Source: Podarcis liolepis (taxonomy: Eukaryota). Taken from it: DNA of 64,000 nt. Where the stretch lies: assembly GCA_965112155.1 (NCBI GenBank), contig OZ218100.1; one strand, given 5' to 3'. The position numbers and the translations under genes are program-made. Positions within the stretch are counted from its first letter, which is position 1. Each line of letters opens with the position of its first letter. The notes beneath the pieces are model-generated. The model worked only from the letters and a program-made list of their open reading frames with translations, was not told the origin of the DNA and did not search any database. Of this stretch, positions 11,214 through 24,627 are shown piece after piece.

Positions 11214-12529
11214 TATAGCCTTACAAGAGGCATGACTATGAAGGGCAGCTATTGGGTTTGTTGTGAAGGGCATCTGCAATTGAGAACACCACTGCTCCAG
11301 TTCCTCTATGTTCCCCACCAACATCTGGTTATAAAATATATAGTGCCTCCAGATTTGGACATTCAATCCTTAGTCCACCTTCACACAAACAAAGGGTATA
11401 GAAGTTGCTTGAAACTGCATCAGTGGGGGGGGTCTATTTGATGCACCAAGCAGCTCGTGTGAGTAGCTGGGACTTAGCTTTTAATTTTATCAAACTTTAA
11501 TTTCATTGATTTAAACATATGTGCTAGATTTTTGCTTGATTTCCAATTCTTTCCCTTCCCTGCCTTAGGCCCCACTACCACAACAATCTTTTTTGGAAAT
11601 GGACTTGGCCCAATCGTCTGCTGGAATCTCTTGTTTACATTCAACACTAATTTTAAAGACTCCACAAAGGCAGTGGAATGGTTTTTTTCTTCCAAGCCGT
11701 GATTTCTGGATACGGCTAAGAGAGGTAGAAAAATCACATGGCAGTATGAAGCTTATGGATGAAATGTCATAATAACCCTGTTTTCAGATTTGCTTTTGAT
11801 AGTCAATAGTAAAACAGTGTGGGATGTAGGCTGGGAGTGGGGGTGAGCAGATCCACTTACAATCATATATAGTCTTCATTTCCTGAAACACATTTTCATC
11901 TTTACAAGCCTGACTGAATTAAAGTGTGCCTGTTTATATGTGTAGTTAATAGATTCAGCTTAAGAAAGAGGGAAGTCCCAAGGCCATTTGGTAAGGGTAA
12001 GTCACAAGGAAATCTACCTAACCAGAAAACACGCTATGATAACTTTTAAGCCCCCTCACCCCACCTTAGTTGGCACTTAAAATTTTGGCCCTTTTCAACT
12101 GTCTGACCATTTCCATGTGGTTTGGAAACCTCCTTGCCAAGCCCAACAAGACTTTGAGAGGATCGTAGATGAGTTCACATATTTTGGCTGCCCCAACTTA
12201 TTAAACAGTCTCCTTATAGGATGTTTTTGTTTTTCAACCTATATCCCCAAAAATCTGATTTTCTTGGACAGGGAAATTAAGTACGGGTGGGCTTGGTAAT
12301 TCTTCAACTCTGGAAATCTTTTTTTTTTTTCCTACCTGGGCTGTGTTCTTCAGCAGCAAGAACTAGAAAAACACTGATTGATCTTCTTCTGATATGTGTC
12401 TATTTTGCATGTGTTCAGTCATAATATTTTCTGTCGCATTTCCATATTATCATCTGCAATAAAAAAAAAATCCACATGAAAATTCGTATGTAAATGAATG
12501 TCCAGAATGTTGTTGGGCAACGGCTTGTT

Positions 12530-12810
12530 TGGCACATGGGAGGTATTCTGTGTCATCCCATAGGATTCAGTCTTGTTTGCCATGCTATTTAGCATCTATT
12601 TGAAGCTGCTAGGAGCTGTCCTCAGGAGATTTGGAGTGGGGTGCAACCAAAATGACACTCAACTCTCTCTCTCTGATCCACCTGAATCAACGAAGGCAGT
12701 TGAGGTGTTAAACCAGTGCTTGGAGGCAGTAATATGGACCAGTAAATTGAAACTGAATCCTGAAAAGACAGAGGCATTGAATGTTTTGAGTTATTGAGCC
12801 CAGAATGTGG
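12530..12810 (+). mobile_element. L2 ORF2 reverse-transcriptase fragment (degraded)
   Basis: ORF 12573-12797 reads LFSIYLKLLG..RRFGVGC..DTQL..AVEVLNQCLEAV..KLKLNPEKTE; the YADD motif is damaged. Confidence 0.8.
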
Positions 12811-13208
12811 AGAGACCGTCTAACGTTCACTAACTGTTGCGTGGCATCAGAATTTGAAAAGCCGTATAAGCAATGAACTACTGAAAACAGCTCATATTAC
12901 CAAATATATGATAAAACTAAAGAATCCACAAATAAATCATAATAAGATCTGACAATAAAATCACAATAACATAATCCAGATCAACACCAAAAAGTAATGC
13001 ATCTCTAAAACAAGATGCTGACCCCAGCAACAACTGCTAAACAATACCCAGCTCTGTTGGTTTCTACGTATCTTGAGCAGCGGAAGCCATCTTGGTAGCT
13101 GGATAGAGCCATAGCTCCGCCCACCTAGGCCAGGTGGAAGCGGGCCAGTCCAGCAGGCAGCAGGTCTTGCAGGACTTACAGGTTTTCTTACTCTTACAAA
13201 ATTTGTTA

Positions 13209-13534
13209 GGTAAAGGGACCCCTGACCATTAGGTCCAGTCATGGACTACTCTGGAGTTGCCGTGTTCATCTCGCTTTATTGGCCAAGAGAGCCGGCGCAC
13301 AGCTTCTGGGTCATGTGGCCAGCATGACTAAGCCGCTTCTGGCGAACTAGAGCAGCGCACAGAAACACCATTTATCTATTTATCTACTTGAACTTTGTGC
13401 TTTCGAACTGCTAGGTTGGCAGGGACAGGGACCGAGCAACAGGAGCTCACCCCGTCACGGGGATTCGAAACGCCGACCTTCTGATCAACAAGCCCTAGGC
13501 TATGTGGTTTAACCCACAGCGCCACCTGCGTCCC
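13209..13534 (-). mobile_element. Sauria SINE, full length
   Basis: ggtaaagggacccctgaccattagg ... cagcgccacctgcgtccc; exact 14-bp TSD tacaaaatttgtta at 13195-13208 and 13535-13548. Confidence 0.95.
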
Positions 13535-14309
13535 TACAAAATTTGTTAACATATTTTTCATATAACATTTATTAATTTAAAATACCTCTTAACTGCGCTT
13601 CCTCCATAGATTTAAGGTGGGTATACAAAAGAGTGCATCCACTAATTTTATGTGAAAACATGGATGCAACGGTAATCACACAGAGAGCTGTGACCAGATG
13701 CAAGAGGTTTCCTTTGTAATCCCTTACTTCCCTGCACGAGCACATAGTGAAGGTTGCAACTGAACACCGCAGACATCTGAGTCCCATCCACCTCTGCATG
13801 CTATAGAGGAAGAAAGTCTCCCCAGATTTTAAATTTTATTTTCAGAAGTCAAAGAAGAGTGGTCTTTGTCTTGAATATCATCTGGGGAACCACTTTCACT
13901 TCCCTTGACTCATCTTTCTCCAGCCCTGAGCAAGAGATACAATCTCTCCACTTGACCTTCAGAATGCACAGGTGCAGCACACATGTCACCTGCACTGGAA
14001 GAGGCCAATCCGCCTCTGCTGCTGCTGCTCCCACTCTGCCTGGGGTCACTCTTTCAAAAGGGCACCTGAATCTCAGTGCAATAGTCACCTTCCCCCTACA
14101 GTGAAGCATCAAAAGAAATGCACACACAGCCCCCAACACACTCTCACCACCCAATGAACTGGTGGGGAAGTACATCCTCTCTCCATCTCCCCAAAGGATC
14201 TGTAAAAGCAAATGCATTGCAGATGTTTCCTGGGAGACGTGGTTTGTTTTTATTGGCACCTGTCAAATTTCCGGCTATAAAGTCATGGCTGAAATTTGGC
14301 AAATTTGCC

Positions 14310-14461
14310 CAGGGATAGCCAAGCTGGTGCCCTGTAGATGTCGCTGGACTCCCACAGTTTCCTCTCCTTTCCCACAGTTCTGGCAAGAATGGCCAATGTT
14401 TCAGGATGATGGGAATTGTGGTCCACACAACATCGGGAAGGCGCCATCTTGGCTACCCCTG
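14310..14461. mobile_element. Palindromic hAT-derived MITE (common squamate 'ggactacaactccc' type)
   Basis: TIRs cagggatagccaag / cttggctacccctg; related copies near 5850, 18655, 20356, 23125, 28690, 42830, 46129, 60380. Confidence 0.75.
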
Positions 14462-15195
14462 GTTTATATTCTGTGTAATTTGTTCTCCTTTCCTTCCCCC
14501 TTTTTCCCCTTTCTGAAAAATTCTCTGTAAAATATTTCCACTTCACTGCAGACTACTGCGGAGGTGGGAGCCAGGAGGCTTCCCTGTACTCTTAACTGTA
14601 GCCTCAGAATGTTCCCTTTTTCCTCCTTACACTGAGTTCTTTTTAGAATCTTTCCATTCCCCAGATCCAGTGGGAAGATCCCCCCTCCCTCCTCAGTGTA
14701 GACTCATTTAGATCTTTTTGCACTGCAGCAGTTCCAGGAACGTAGCCGTGGGAGAGCAGAAGAAACCCCAGAAGAAGGCTGAAGTTCAATTTTAAACTAA
14801 AATGGTGATTTATGAGGAACAGCTGAACTGACTATGTGAGATTTCATTTAAGATGATCTGGAGGCCACCGCCTACCAAGGACATATCTGTGCCACGAAAT
14901 GAGTGTACGTTGCAGCACAGCCATGAGCTTCACAGCACAAGCATAGACATGTCCACTGTCAAGTGCATCCTACTGAGTTCAGTGGGGCATACCCCCAGGG
15001 AAGAGGGTGGGGGATCATAGACTTAATCTCTATTGGTAGGATGAGCGGGATAGCGAGGGATGCCATTTTTGGTCCTGGTCCTGCACCTCTCAAGTCTGGT
15101 CCAGAGGGTTGGAAAACCATCCAAAGCAAATTTGGAGAGGCAACAGGAGGAAGGGAGCAACACTAACAATTGCCTCCTTGCCTGATGCAGGCATT

Positions 15196-15226
15196 GATGA
15201 ATTTTCATTGGAACTTCCTTTTTTAA

Positions 15227-15294
<68 letters not shown>

Positions 15295-15388
15295 AATCAG
15301 ACTGATGTGGAAATACAGAGAACGGAATTTCAGAATGGAAGAACAAGAAACAGAGAGAAACTGAAACTGACCAATTCATCCATCCCTA
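15196..15388. mobile_element. Partial 'TAGGGATGGG' hAT element with an internal (GAAA)n expansion
   Basis: Ends in atccatcccta; actgatgtggaaat...gagagaaactgaaactgac matches the 44550 copy. Confidence 0.7.
15226..15296. repeat. (GAAA)n microsatellite
   Basis: Direct inspection. Confidence 0.98.
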
Positions 15389-17377
15389 TCTCTAGATATC
15401 CTTTGTGCCAACAAATCAAGATGGTGCTTCATGAACAGCCCACTGGGAGAAGCCCTGAAAATCTCTCTGGAGATAGATCAGTATGTCCCAATCTACCTTC
15501 TCCCTGTGGGAGTTTGGTCCATATGGCATGTCCCCTAATTGTGAGTTAAGCAATTCTGAGTCTATTGAAGTCAATAAGAAGCTACTTTGTTCATGTTCCA
15601 TCTAGAAACACCAGCAATGGAGAGGAAACAAAAACAGTATGCAGACTTCCCAAAATGTCCTCCACCCAGATGCAAGGGCCAAACTCCAAACAATGTTCAG
15701 CTCTGGTTAGTTTGCCCTGGCATTGCTAGTTTGTTTGACAAACTGCTGTCATAGAGACTGTCAAGAAATGCTCCCCCTCTTGCTGCTTTCCTACCAGAAA
15801 GTCATCCTCAAGTAGCTTTTTGCCCCAGAAATGGTGGTTGTGGCGAGGGGGGAGCTCATCTATCTTTACCCTTGTGGGGCAAAAAGTAGGTGCAGTGATT
15901 ATTTAGATGAATAATTGCATGAGGGGAAAGGGTTAAGGAACCCTCTCCCTGCCACTTCCCCCCATTACTCTCATTCTATTTTAGTTTGCAGTCCCAAAGG
16001 CTGCATTTTGTAAAACAAAACAAAAAGCCAGAGAGGACAAACCATTCTCGACAGTTTGTCACGAGTGGCTTGGCCCTTGTTCCAACTGTCCTGCAAACTG
16101 AATTATGGATGTTTTCCTTAATAAAGGGGTGAAAGTGTCTGCAAAGTGGAGTTTCCAAGGCTCTGCGGAAGATCAGGCCTATATTAATTTAGATGCTCGC
16201 TCTCAAGAGAAAGAGCATTGGCTTTGTGCTGCAGTAATTTAAACCAAGCCTGTCTTGAGGATTTTCCTTTATCCTTATCTGTAATAATAGATTTTTTTTA
16301 AACACACACACACAGCGGCAGCAGCAGCCATGCTGGAAAACCTCTTTCTCAGAAACAAGCAGACGGGTCACAACATTTTTAAACAATGATAGCAATATTT
16401 ATTATATCAAAGCCGCTTTATGTTTTATTTGGAACTCTGGCGCCTTTTTAAAAAGGTTTTCATAACATGACGGCAATTACAGTCATCAAGATGTTCCAAG
16501 TCAGGGCCTGGATGCTGCTTCTCACTCTATTCCTTTATAAAGAACTTGCATTACATCACGGTGTAGTTTATTTTAAAAGGGACCTCAGGAATGTAATGAT
16601 AGTCACTGTAGACAAGGGAAAATTAATAGAGAGAGAGAGAGAGAGCATCGCAGCTCCACAAATTCCAGTTATAAAACACTCCCCTCCGCTTAGCTGAGGA
16701 GCTTCTTATTAGCAAAGAAAACACAATTTGTCTGATCCATTAAATAAACCTTGAGTTAAAATTATCTTCAGGGTTTTTTTTAAGGTTTTTTTTTTTTTAA
16801 AGAATGACCTTGAACTCGGTACTGTGCCTAGATAAACTGCCTTGTTTTCAGCTACCAAACATCGTCAGATACCAAATAGCATCCTGTCATGTATGCTAAA
16901 AACTGCATACAAAAAAAATTCTAGGAGCCATGTTGGTCCATTAGAAAAAAAGATATAGTGTAATTAATACCTTTATAGGATCCGCTAGATTGTAACCAAG
17001 AATTCTCAAGGCTGTTTCCCAGATTTCTTAAGGCTGGTTGCCTGATGTCCAGCTTTTTTCTCTCTTCCGTTCTACTTTCCCCCCCTTACCTTCTAGCCTA
17101 AAAAAGAGTTTGGGGAATGCAAAAGCTTGCTCATTGCTCACAATATTTTAATTGCTCATTATATTTAAAGAAAGGGAATGAATATATTGCTATTTTTTTA
17201 ATTATTGGACCAAATCATCTCAAATATCACATACCACTCCATACTAAATACCGTTGTATGCCAGATGCCAAATGTTTCGGCATATCCATTGTCAACTGCA
17301 GTGAAAAATTAAGTACCATTGCATGTTAGGTTCAAACTAGACATGGCATTTCTGATGACTTTGCATAGCTGATCAAA

Positions 17378-17601
17378 TATATAAAAACACAATAAAACAT
17401 TACACATTTTTTAAAACTTCCCTATACAGGTTTGCCTTCAGACAGCTTGGGGGTCAGATAACTCCATACCTTCCAACATTTCTCCAATGAAAAGAGCGAC
17501 ATCCTAAGGAAAAGTGGAACATTCCAGGATCAAACCAGAAACCGAAATGCCTTCTCTAAATCAGGGATGTCCCTGGAAAATAGGAACACTTGAAGGGTCT
17601 G
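17378..17601 (-). mobile_element. Second, partial copy of the composite hAT/L2-tail element
   Basis: Reverse complement aligns with 3474-3685 across the same hAT-L2 junction. Confidence 0.75.
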
Positions 17602-20209
17602 CTGTTAACATAGGACCAGCCCTACTGTTAGACAAGCTGAGACACAGGCACCTGGTTGGCCACAGGATGCTGATCTAGATGGGCCATTGACCTGATGCAG
17701 TAGGCTGTTCTTATGTTATTATGAGGCAATTGCCTCAGGAGTCATGAATGTTTTTTAATTTATTAATTCTGTTTCATCAAGCATTTTTAAAGTATGCATT
17801 TGGTCATTTGTTTCAGATTTCATTATTTTATACCTTTCTGAGGTTTGTGGTTTTTATAATTTCATGGCGTCTTGATGCTTTTACTGTATTTTGTTGTTAG
17901 CTAGTAGTTTATAAATACTCTTGTAAAATGAAAATAAAATACAAGCAAGCAATGGGGAAAATATAAAGAGGGTTTTTTGACTCAGGTGTCAAAATAACTT
18001 GGCTGGCCTTCCATCAAGGCCATCAGTCCCAAGTATTACTGCTACAGTGGAAGGATTTCCGGCCTGTCCTTACCCCATGTGGCCCCCTAAATCTGTTCTA
18101 GGTGTTGCCCAATGTTCCAGAGCAGATTGGGGGAGTGCACAGGGGTTTCACAGAGAGATGAAACTAGGGAAAGTATTGTGCTAGCAATATTCCTTGAATT
18201 AATGTGAGGCATTAGGAGAATCCCACCCCTTGACTTAAGCTATGAGTGCCATTTGCAACTCTTCTCGGGCAGCAAAATGTTTTGCACAAGCCCACAACAT
18301 AATGTAGGATGCATTAAGTTTGCCTCTATCTGGTATATCTTCAGTTCAAACCCCTATAGGCTTTTAGATTAATAGCAGACAGGTTATTTCAGAGTAATGA
18401 ATGTGCCACATGGCTGATGGAGTAGTACTTTGGGCAATGTATTGTGATGGTGGCAGGCTACCTTGATAGGGAACCTTCTTCGGTTGATAAGTACATCTCT
18501 ACTTTCAGGTTTAACCTGATGAAAGGTATGAAGGTCCATCCACTATATATAGGAGATCTTTTGGGCCACATAACTACCATTGTTGTTTTGACCCAGGATG
18601 CTTGAATATAGAATAATTTAGCTCTCTATCAAGTAGACCAGTAACTCTGTCAGAAGCAGCCGGTTTGTTGCCTTTCAGATTTTGTTGGACTACAACTCCC
18701 ATCATCCCTGACCACTGGCCACACTGGCTGGGGCTGATAGGAGTTAGTTGAAATCCAACAACATTTGAAAGACACTACATTGGCTACCACTGCTTCAGTT
18801 TATTATGGAGGAACTCTGGGTTTTTCCTTCCTAACAATTTTTTATTTTACAACCCGTTCCCTATTCTGTTGTGAAATTCCAGCCACTCTTCTCATAAAAG
18901 TATCCCCCAAAAAAGGTAAAATGCAGAGAAAGCAGAAAGTCAAAAAGTATTAATTTAGGCCACGATCCAGCAGGAAGTTCTTGCACAGCTCTCGTTCACT
19001 TCAACGGGTTTTTGTGTAGGCGTGTTTTATTCTGGATTGTGGCCTTGTGGAATAAGGATTGTGCATAATTTATCATTAATAATTATTTTTTTAAAAAAAT
19101 CAAGTACCTCAGTTGGATAGGCACTGTACAGCTGTGTAATTTACACTTCGGTGGTGATGTCTCCTTCATTCCCCCTGCAGCCAACAAGCCCATTTCTGTG
19201 TACTTAATCAGACTACGCTTTAAATCACCCTACACAGAATACTTTGTGGCAATATACAATGGCCAAAGCATATAAAATATGGTGAGATTTAAGAAGTAGC
19301 AGCTGAACCAACAATATATTCTCCTGGAAAGGAGACATTAAATAAATTGTGGATGTTTTTTGATAGCCAATTAAAGTTCCTTTAAGAACCCTGTTGCTTT
19401 TGTCTACATACTTCAATCCAAGCTCTTGGAACAAGCATCCTCATCATAAATATTACCTAAATTACCAAAGATTTAGCAATGAAACATGTGTCTTGCTAGA
19501 AATATTAACCAGGACATTCAGAAATGAGTCTAAGCCGTTTCTTGTAAGGAAGTAATATATTTAAAATGGCACTGAATATCTACAGCAATCTTAATTTCCA
19601 TGGTATTCGTGTAAAATGTGCAGAAGACATTTATAGAAGTTTTCCATGTTTGACTCAAACCCAAGGAGGGTGGCTTTTTTCTTTCACCAAGAAATGAAAG
19701 ATTCTCACATAAAAAGCTTTTAATATTTCCCTTCTGGGTGCCAAATTATTGATGTTGAAGAATTTCATTCTCCCCCCCCCCCCCCAAGAATAGTTACCAG
19801 CCATGTAAAAAATCCTAAGAACAGAACAACATTTCTGCCTGCCCTAGTGGCTGCAGCGAGCATTTTTACATCATCTTTAGGCTATCATGGAACAACAACA
19901 AAAAGGTTATGAAGATGAAGATTGGTGACGATAGTGGTAATAGTGGGTTGGAGCCAGAGTTTGCCTTCTATGAACACAGGAGTTCCTTTTATCTGCGTAA
20001 GGCAGAGCAGATGCTGTACTCAGCCTATCCAGATACTGCATGTAAAAGGGTGCGACACATTTTAATCTGGTTTTCCAGTTTATTGTTTGTTTTAATTGCT
20101 TTTTGAATGTTCTAAATAGTTGTCTTTAATCATAATTACAGATGATTTATTTGTTTTATGCCTTTTGTAAGCTTCTTTGAGGTTTGTTCCTTTTTACAAT
20201 CAATATATA

Positions 20210-20211
<2 letters not shown>

Positions 20212-20254
<43 letters not shown>
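20212..20254. repeat. (GT)n microsatellite
   Basis: Direct inspection. Confidence 0.98.
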
Positions 20255-20257
<3 letters not shown>

Positions 20258-20355
20258 TTTTTATGTGTTGCGAAATGTGGGTTACCTTTTACTTATTAAG
20301 AACAGGATTCACCCAAGGGGAACAGTCTGTGCATGGCACACCAGATACATTAGAT

Positions 20356-20493
20356 CAGGGGTCGCCAACAAGATGCTATCCAGATGTTGATGGACTCCAG
20401 CTCCCATTGGCCCCAGCCAGTGTGACTGGTAGTCAGCAGGGATGGGATTTGGAGTCCAGCAACATCTGGGGGGCACCTCATTGGTTAGCCCTG
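20356..20493. mobile_element. Palindromic hAT-derived MITE
   Basis: cagggg...ccctg termini; inverted arms ccagatgttgatggactcca / tggagtccagcaacatctgg; flanks cattagat / cctaagat (6/8 match). Confidence 0.75.
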
Positions 20494-20545
20494 CCTAAGA
20501 TATTAATCTGGTGTCCTTTACCGCAGCATCTGAAAACCCTGCAAT

Positions 20546-20827
20546 CTGTGCTGGGTTTACGTATAAGCTAAACAAGCTATAGCTTAGGGCCCCACTCTCT
20601 TGGGGGCCCCAAAAAAATTTAAAGGAAAAAACCTGGATGTACATTTCCAGAATATAAGATGAAAAACAAATAAAATAAAACCTACATACAGCAACAGTGG
20701 CAAATAGCTTTAGATATCTATTAGAGCCATAAATTATAGCATATATTCAACAAAAAACCCACGACAATTTGTAGGGCCCCGTTACCTTCCGTTGCTTAGG
20801 GCCTCATCAAACCCAAATCTAGCCCTG
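20546..20827. mobile_element. Non-autonomous hAT (Tip100-like) element
   Basis: gcttagggcc subterminal motifs; right TIR aatctagccctg; 8-bp TSD cctgcaat / cctgcagt (7/8). Confidence 0.7.
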
Positions 20828-20907
20828 CCTGCAGTCCTTAATGCATTTGTAATCTGAATAAGCTACTGTCTGGAAACATGTGGCTGAGTTTGTAACTGCA
20901 GAAGAAT

Positions 20908-21090
20908 GCATTTATTTCCCACCTTTTCCCCCAGGGAGCTCAAGGTGGCATACATGGTTCTCTCCCTCCTCATTTAATCCCCACAACAACCTTGTGAGGC
21001 AGGTTGTGCTGAGAGGCAGTGACTGGCCCAAGATCACTCAGTGAGCTTTGCAGCCTAGTGGAGATTTGAACCCTGATCTCCTAGATCTTA
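20908..21090 (-). mobile_element. tRNA/CORE-type SINE (MIR-like, Squam2-like)
   Basis: cacaacaaccttgtgagg...gtgactggcccaagatcac...gagatttgaaccc (antisense B-box region). Confidence 0.75.
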
Positions 21091-21104
21091 TGTCTCATTG
21101 TACT

Positions 21105-21499
21105 TATGGCTCCCAGTATGTTTCCGAGCACAATTCAAAGTGTTGGTGCTGACCTTTAAAGCCCTAAACAGCCTTGGCTCGGTATACCTGAAGGAGCGTC
21201 TCCATCCCCATCATTCAGCTCCGAGGTCCAGCTCCAAGGACCTGTTGGCAGTTCCCTCACTGCGAGATGTGAGGTTACAGGGAACCAGGCAGAGGGCCTT
21301 CTCGGTGGTGGCACCCACCCTGTGGAACACCCTCCCACCAGATGTCAAGGAAATAAACAACTACCTGACTTTTAGAAGAAATCTGAAGGCAGCCCTGTTT
21401 AGCGAAGTTTTTAATGGTTGAAGTTTTATTCTGTTTAATATTATGTTGGGAGCTGCCCAGAGTGGCTGGGGAAACCCAGCTAGATGGGCGGGCTATAAA

Positions 21500-21541
<42 letters not shown>
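21105..21541 (+). mobile_element. L2 LINE 3' end with (ATT)n tail
   Basis: ORF 21098-21421 WLPVCFRAQFKVLVLTFKAL...RAFSVVAPTLWNTLP...LKAALF is the L2 ORF2 C-terminus, followed by a 3'UTR and ATT repeats. Confidence 0.9.
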
Positions 21542-21542
<1 letters not shown>

Positions 21543-21604
21543 CACCACCTTAATATATTTTATATGAGTGAGTGGCTTATAAAAAATAATAATTAATAAG
21601 CCTT

Positions 21605-21900
21605 ATGGTGTGATGATCATATCACTCCAGTTTGCTGGAGTCATCTTTGTTCATTTCTGGATGTAACTGAATGTGCTGGTTCTTACTTGTAAAGCCCCAA
21701 GTTGTTCGGGACCAGGATGTTCAAAGGACTGTCTCCCCCCTTCGGATTCTGCCTACCCACTGCATTTAACATCAGAGGCCCTGCAAGTCCCACCACCTTC
21801 AGAAGCACGACTGTTTGGGATGCGTGACAGGGCCTTTTTGACTGCACTGTGTGGCCGTCTCCCAAGAGAGATCCTGTGAGCGGCTAAATCCTTTTGGTGT
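21605..21900 (+). mobile_element. Older L2 3' fragment
   Basis: ORF 21673-21879 LVLTCKA..GPG..KDCL..DRAF..LPREI is a degenerate L2 C-terminus. Confidence 0.65.
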
Positions 21901-23901
21901 GAGTTGAAGTTCCATCTCCACTTTATTTGCAGAATTGCTTTATCCTGCTCCTGATTTTACTGCACAAAACTGAATTTAGTAATCCGGACTATTTTCTTGT
22001 AACTTGAACTATTTTTATTGAAATTTAAACTATTGTGTTGGGTTTTATTTTACTTTGTCAGCTGCTGGGAGTTCATATTTATTTATAGAAAATAAGATTA
22101 CCCGCCCCACCCCCCAGTATACTCTCTTGGTGTGTTTGTGATGGTGGTGATAGGTGATTTCAATTTATACTTTGGTGTATTATTTTCATATTGTAAATAA
22201 TATGGTGTATTATTTTCATATTTCAACATTACTTGGAACAGTATCCCCCCCCCTTTTATTTTCAGCTGCCCTGCTAATGAATCGGTTAGATGGCGAATTT
22301 AGAGAAATTTAGACAAATTGAATCCTCAGAGGAACCGAATGGCTGTGGGTTTCTTGTACAAATATGCCATTACCATTAGACTGAGGAAGTACTTGTGGAA
22401 TCCACAACGTGCTAAAACAGTGGCCAGTATAAAACTGAAAGGGGAGGTAAAATGCAGTGTTTCCTAATGTGAAGCTAATAATCATAATTCCCTATCAAGG
22501 AGTCAAAGATCTCTAGCATGTGTTTAGCATTAGTTTAGAGAAGGTCAGTGCTAACTTCTTCAGGAAGGGAGTTCCGGAGAGTGTACAGTAAGTGCACATT
22601 TGTTTAAAACGAGCAGTCTCGGTGCAGACATATCGTAGTCTTTGGGGATGCCCAAACAATTCTGCCTCAGTGGAGCTGAAACAATGCCTTGTATTCACAA
22701 AGATTATAGGCACTTCAGTATTGGAAGAAGGGGGGAGCAGCCAAGGAGGGGAGACTTGAAGCACAGATAAATTGGTCTTCACCCTGTGCCATTCCTTAAT
22801 TTACAGCGGTCTTTAACATTGGAGTCCAATTGCCCAGGCACTCATAAAAAGAGAAATGATGAATATTCAGGATGTCTTTTGAATCCATTAGGCAACTGAG
22901 GATGAAGTCTCCATATGTACAGCTTCAGTTGCTTTCCCATGCTGGCCGAGAGCTTGCCAAGATGGCGTCAGGAAGAGAAATGGTGCCTTGGGTTGTCAAT
23001 GGGGGAAGAGTAAACATGAATCAAGCACAGAGAAATGAGCATTAAAGTACAGGGAGTCAGAACTTAAATGAGCATTGTGTAGCATTGAATTGGTCTGGCT
23101 TTCAAAACTCTGCGCCAGAAGAGAGGGGAAGCTGTGGCCCTCCAGATGTTATTGGACTCCAGTCCCCATCAGCCCCTGCCATTACAGCTGATGGAAAGGA
23201 ATGGTGGGGATTTTGGTCCACAACAACATCTGACGTAGTGCTGTGCTGAAAATTCTTTGATCTGTTGTTTTTTTACAACCATTTGTGGGGTGATTCAGGG
23301 CAAAATCAAAGCCACTCCAAAAAAAATGTGGAAGGGAAAAATAATATATGCACTGGGGGGGTTGTTGCTTATCAGAACTACAATAATAATCACAGATCCA
23401 ACATCACTTTTGTGTCAGGCTTTACAGTATCACCTCACACACCATACATTTCCGTGGAGTCAGCTCACACACTTAGCTGCCAATTATCAAGGCTTGGTTC
23501 AGGCATTCTAACCACATGGCGTGTCCCCATGGATGCAGCTGTGTGGAGGAAATAATGTCTGACCCGGCCTGACCACATTGACACATGCCACTTCCTCGCA
23601 CAGCAGGTAAAAAATGGGGTGTCCCACTCACATGAATCACTGCTTGTCAGCTTGGTCACACTGGGTCAGAAATTACTTTCCCCATACAGCTGCCTCTCAG
23701 TGCATTGTGCATTGAGCGTTTCAGAGCATCTAAACCAGTGTTGAGAAACTATGATGAGAAATCAAGAGACAACCACGCAAGTGCGAACCAGCCTGACCTT
23801 GTAGCTATTTTTAATTGCCAAGGAATATATGTGAATGTTGATAATTTCATAATAATCCTAGGAACACTTTACTAGAACAAATCCATGGACCAATATGTAT
23901 A

Positions 23902-23952
23902 TATGAATGAATGAATGAACGAATGAATGAATGAATGAATGAATGAATGAAT
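23902..23952. repeat. (GAAT)n microsatellite
   Basis: Direct inspection. Confidence 0.95.
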
Positions 23953-24064
23953 TCAGGTAAGATGGAGTGCTGGCATTTAGAGTTAAAATGTTCAGCAGAA
24001 GTTGAATCCCTGTTGGAGAAGCACATTTTAACCATGATATAATCACACCAAGACTATAAGATTA

Positions 24065-24627
24065 ATAGTAGTATTATAGTTATTGTTATAATTTTATTAT
24101 TTATATGCCACCCATCTGACTGGGTTGCCCCAACCACTCTGGGTGGCTCCCAACAAAATATTTAAAACACTATAAAACATGAAACATTAAAATCTTCTTT
24201 GTACAGGGCTGTTCAGGTGTCTTCTAAAAGTCATATGGTTATTTATCTGTTTGACATCTGATGGGAGGGCATTCCACAGGGCAGGCACCACTACTGAGAA
24301 CGCCTTCTGCCTGGTTCCATGTAACTTCACTTCTTGCAGTGGGGGAACCTCCAGAAAGTCCTCGGAGCTGGACCTCTATGTCTAGGCTGGATGTTGGACA
24401 GCTTCCATGGACAGCTGTGAGTCCCAAATGACCCCAAGACTGCACACCTGGTCCTTTAGTGGCACATTTATCCCATTCAGGACCAGGAGTCCCCCAAACC
24501 TGCCCCCTGTCCCCCAGAAACAGTATTTCTGTCTTGTCAGGATTCAACCTCAGTCTATTAACTGCCATCCATCCTCCAACTGCCTCCAGACACTCACACA
24601 GGACATTCACCACCTTCACTGGTTCCA
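24065..24627 (-). mobile_element. L2 LINE 3' portion with an internal deletion
   Basis: Minus ORF has VLCECLEAVGGWMAVNRLRLNPDKTE; 3' part matches 21105 and 44005 in reverse; discontinuity near 24395-24405. Confidence 0.85.

Noticed and set aside
15109-15549. ORFs with KERK, poly-I, poly-L, poly-N or SL repeats here and elsewhere
   Set aside because: They are translations of microsatellites.
22173-22222. 20-bp direct repeat tggtgtattattttcatatt (similar short duplications near 4955, 46235, 47824)
   Set aside because: Ordinary slippage or repair duplications with no further structure.
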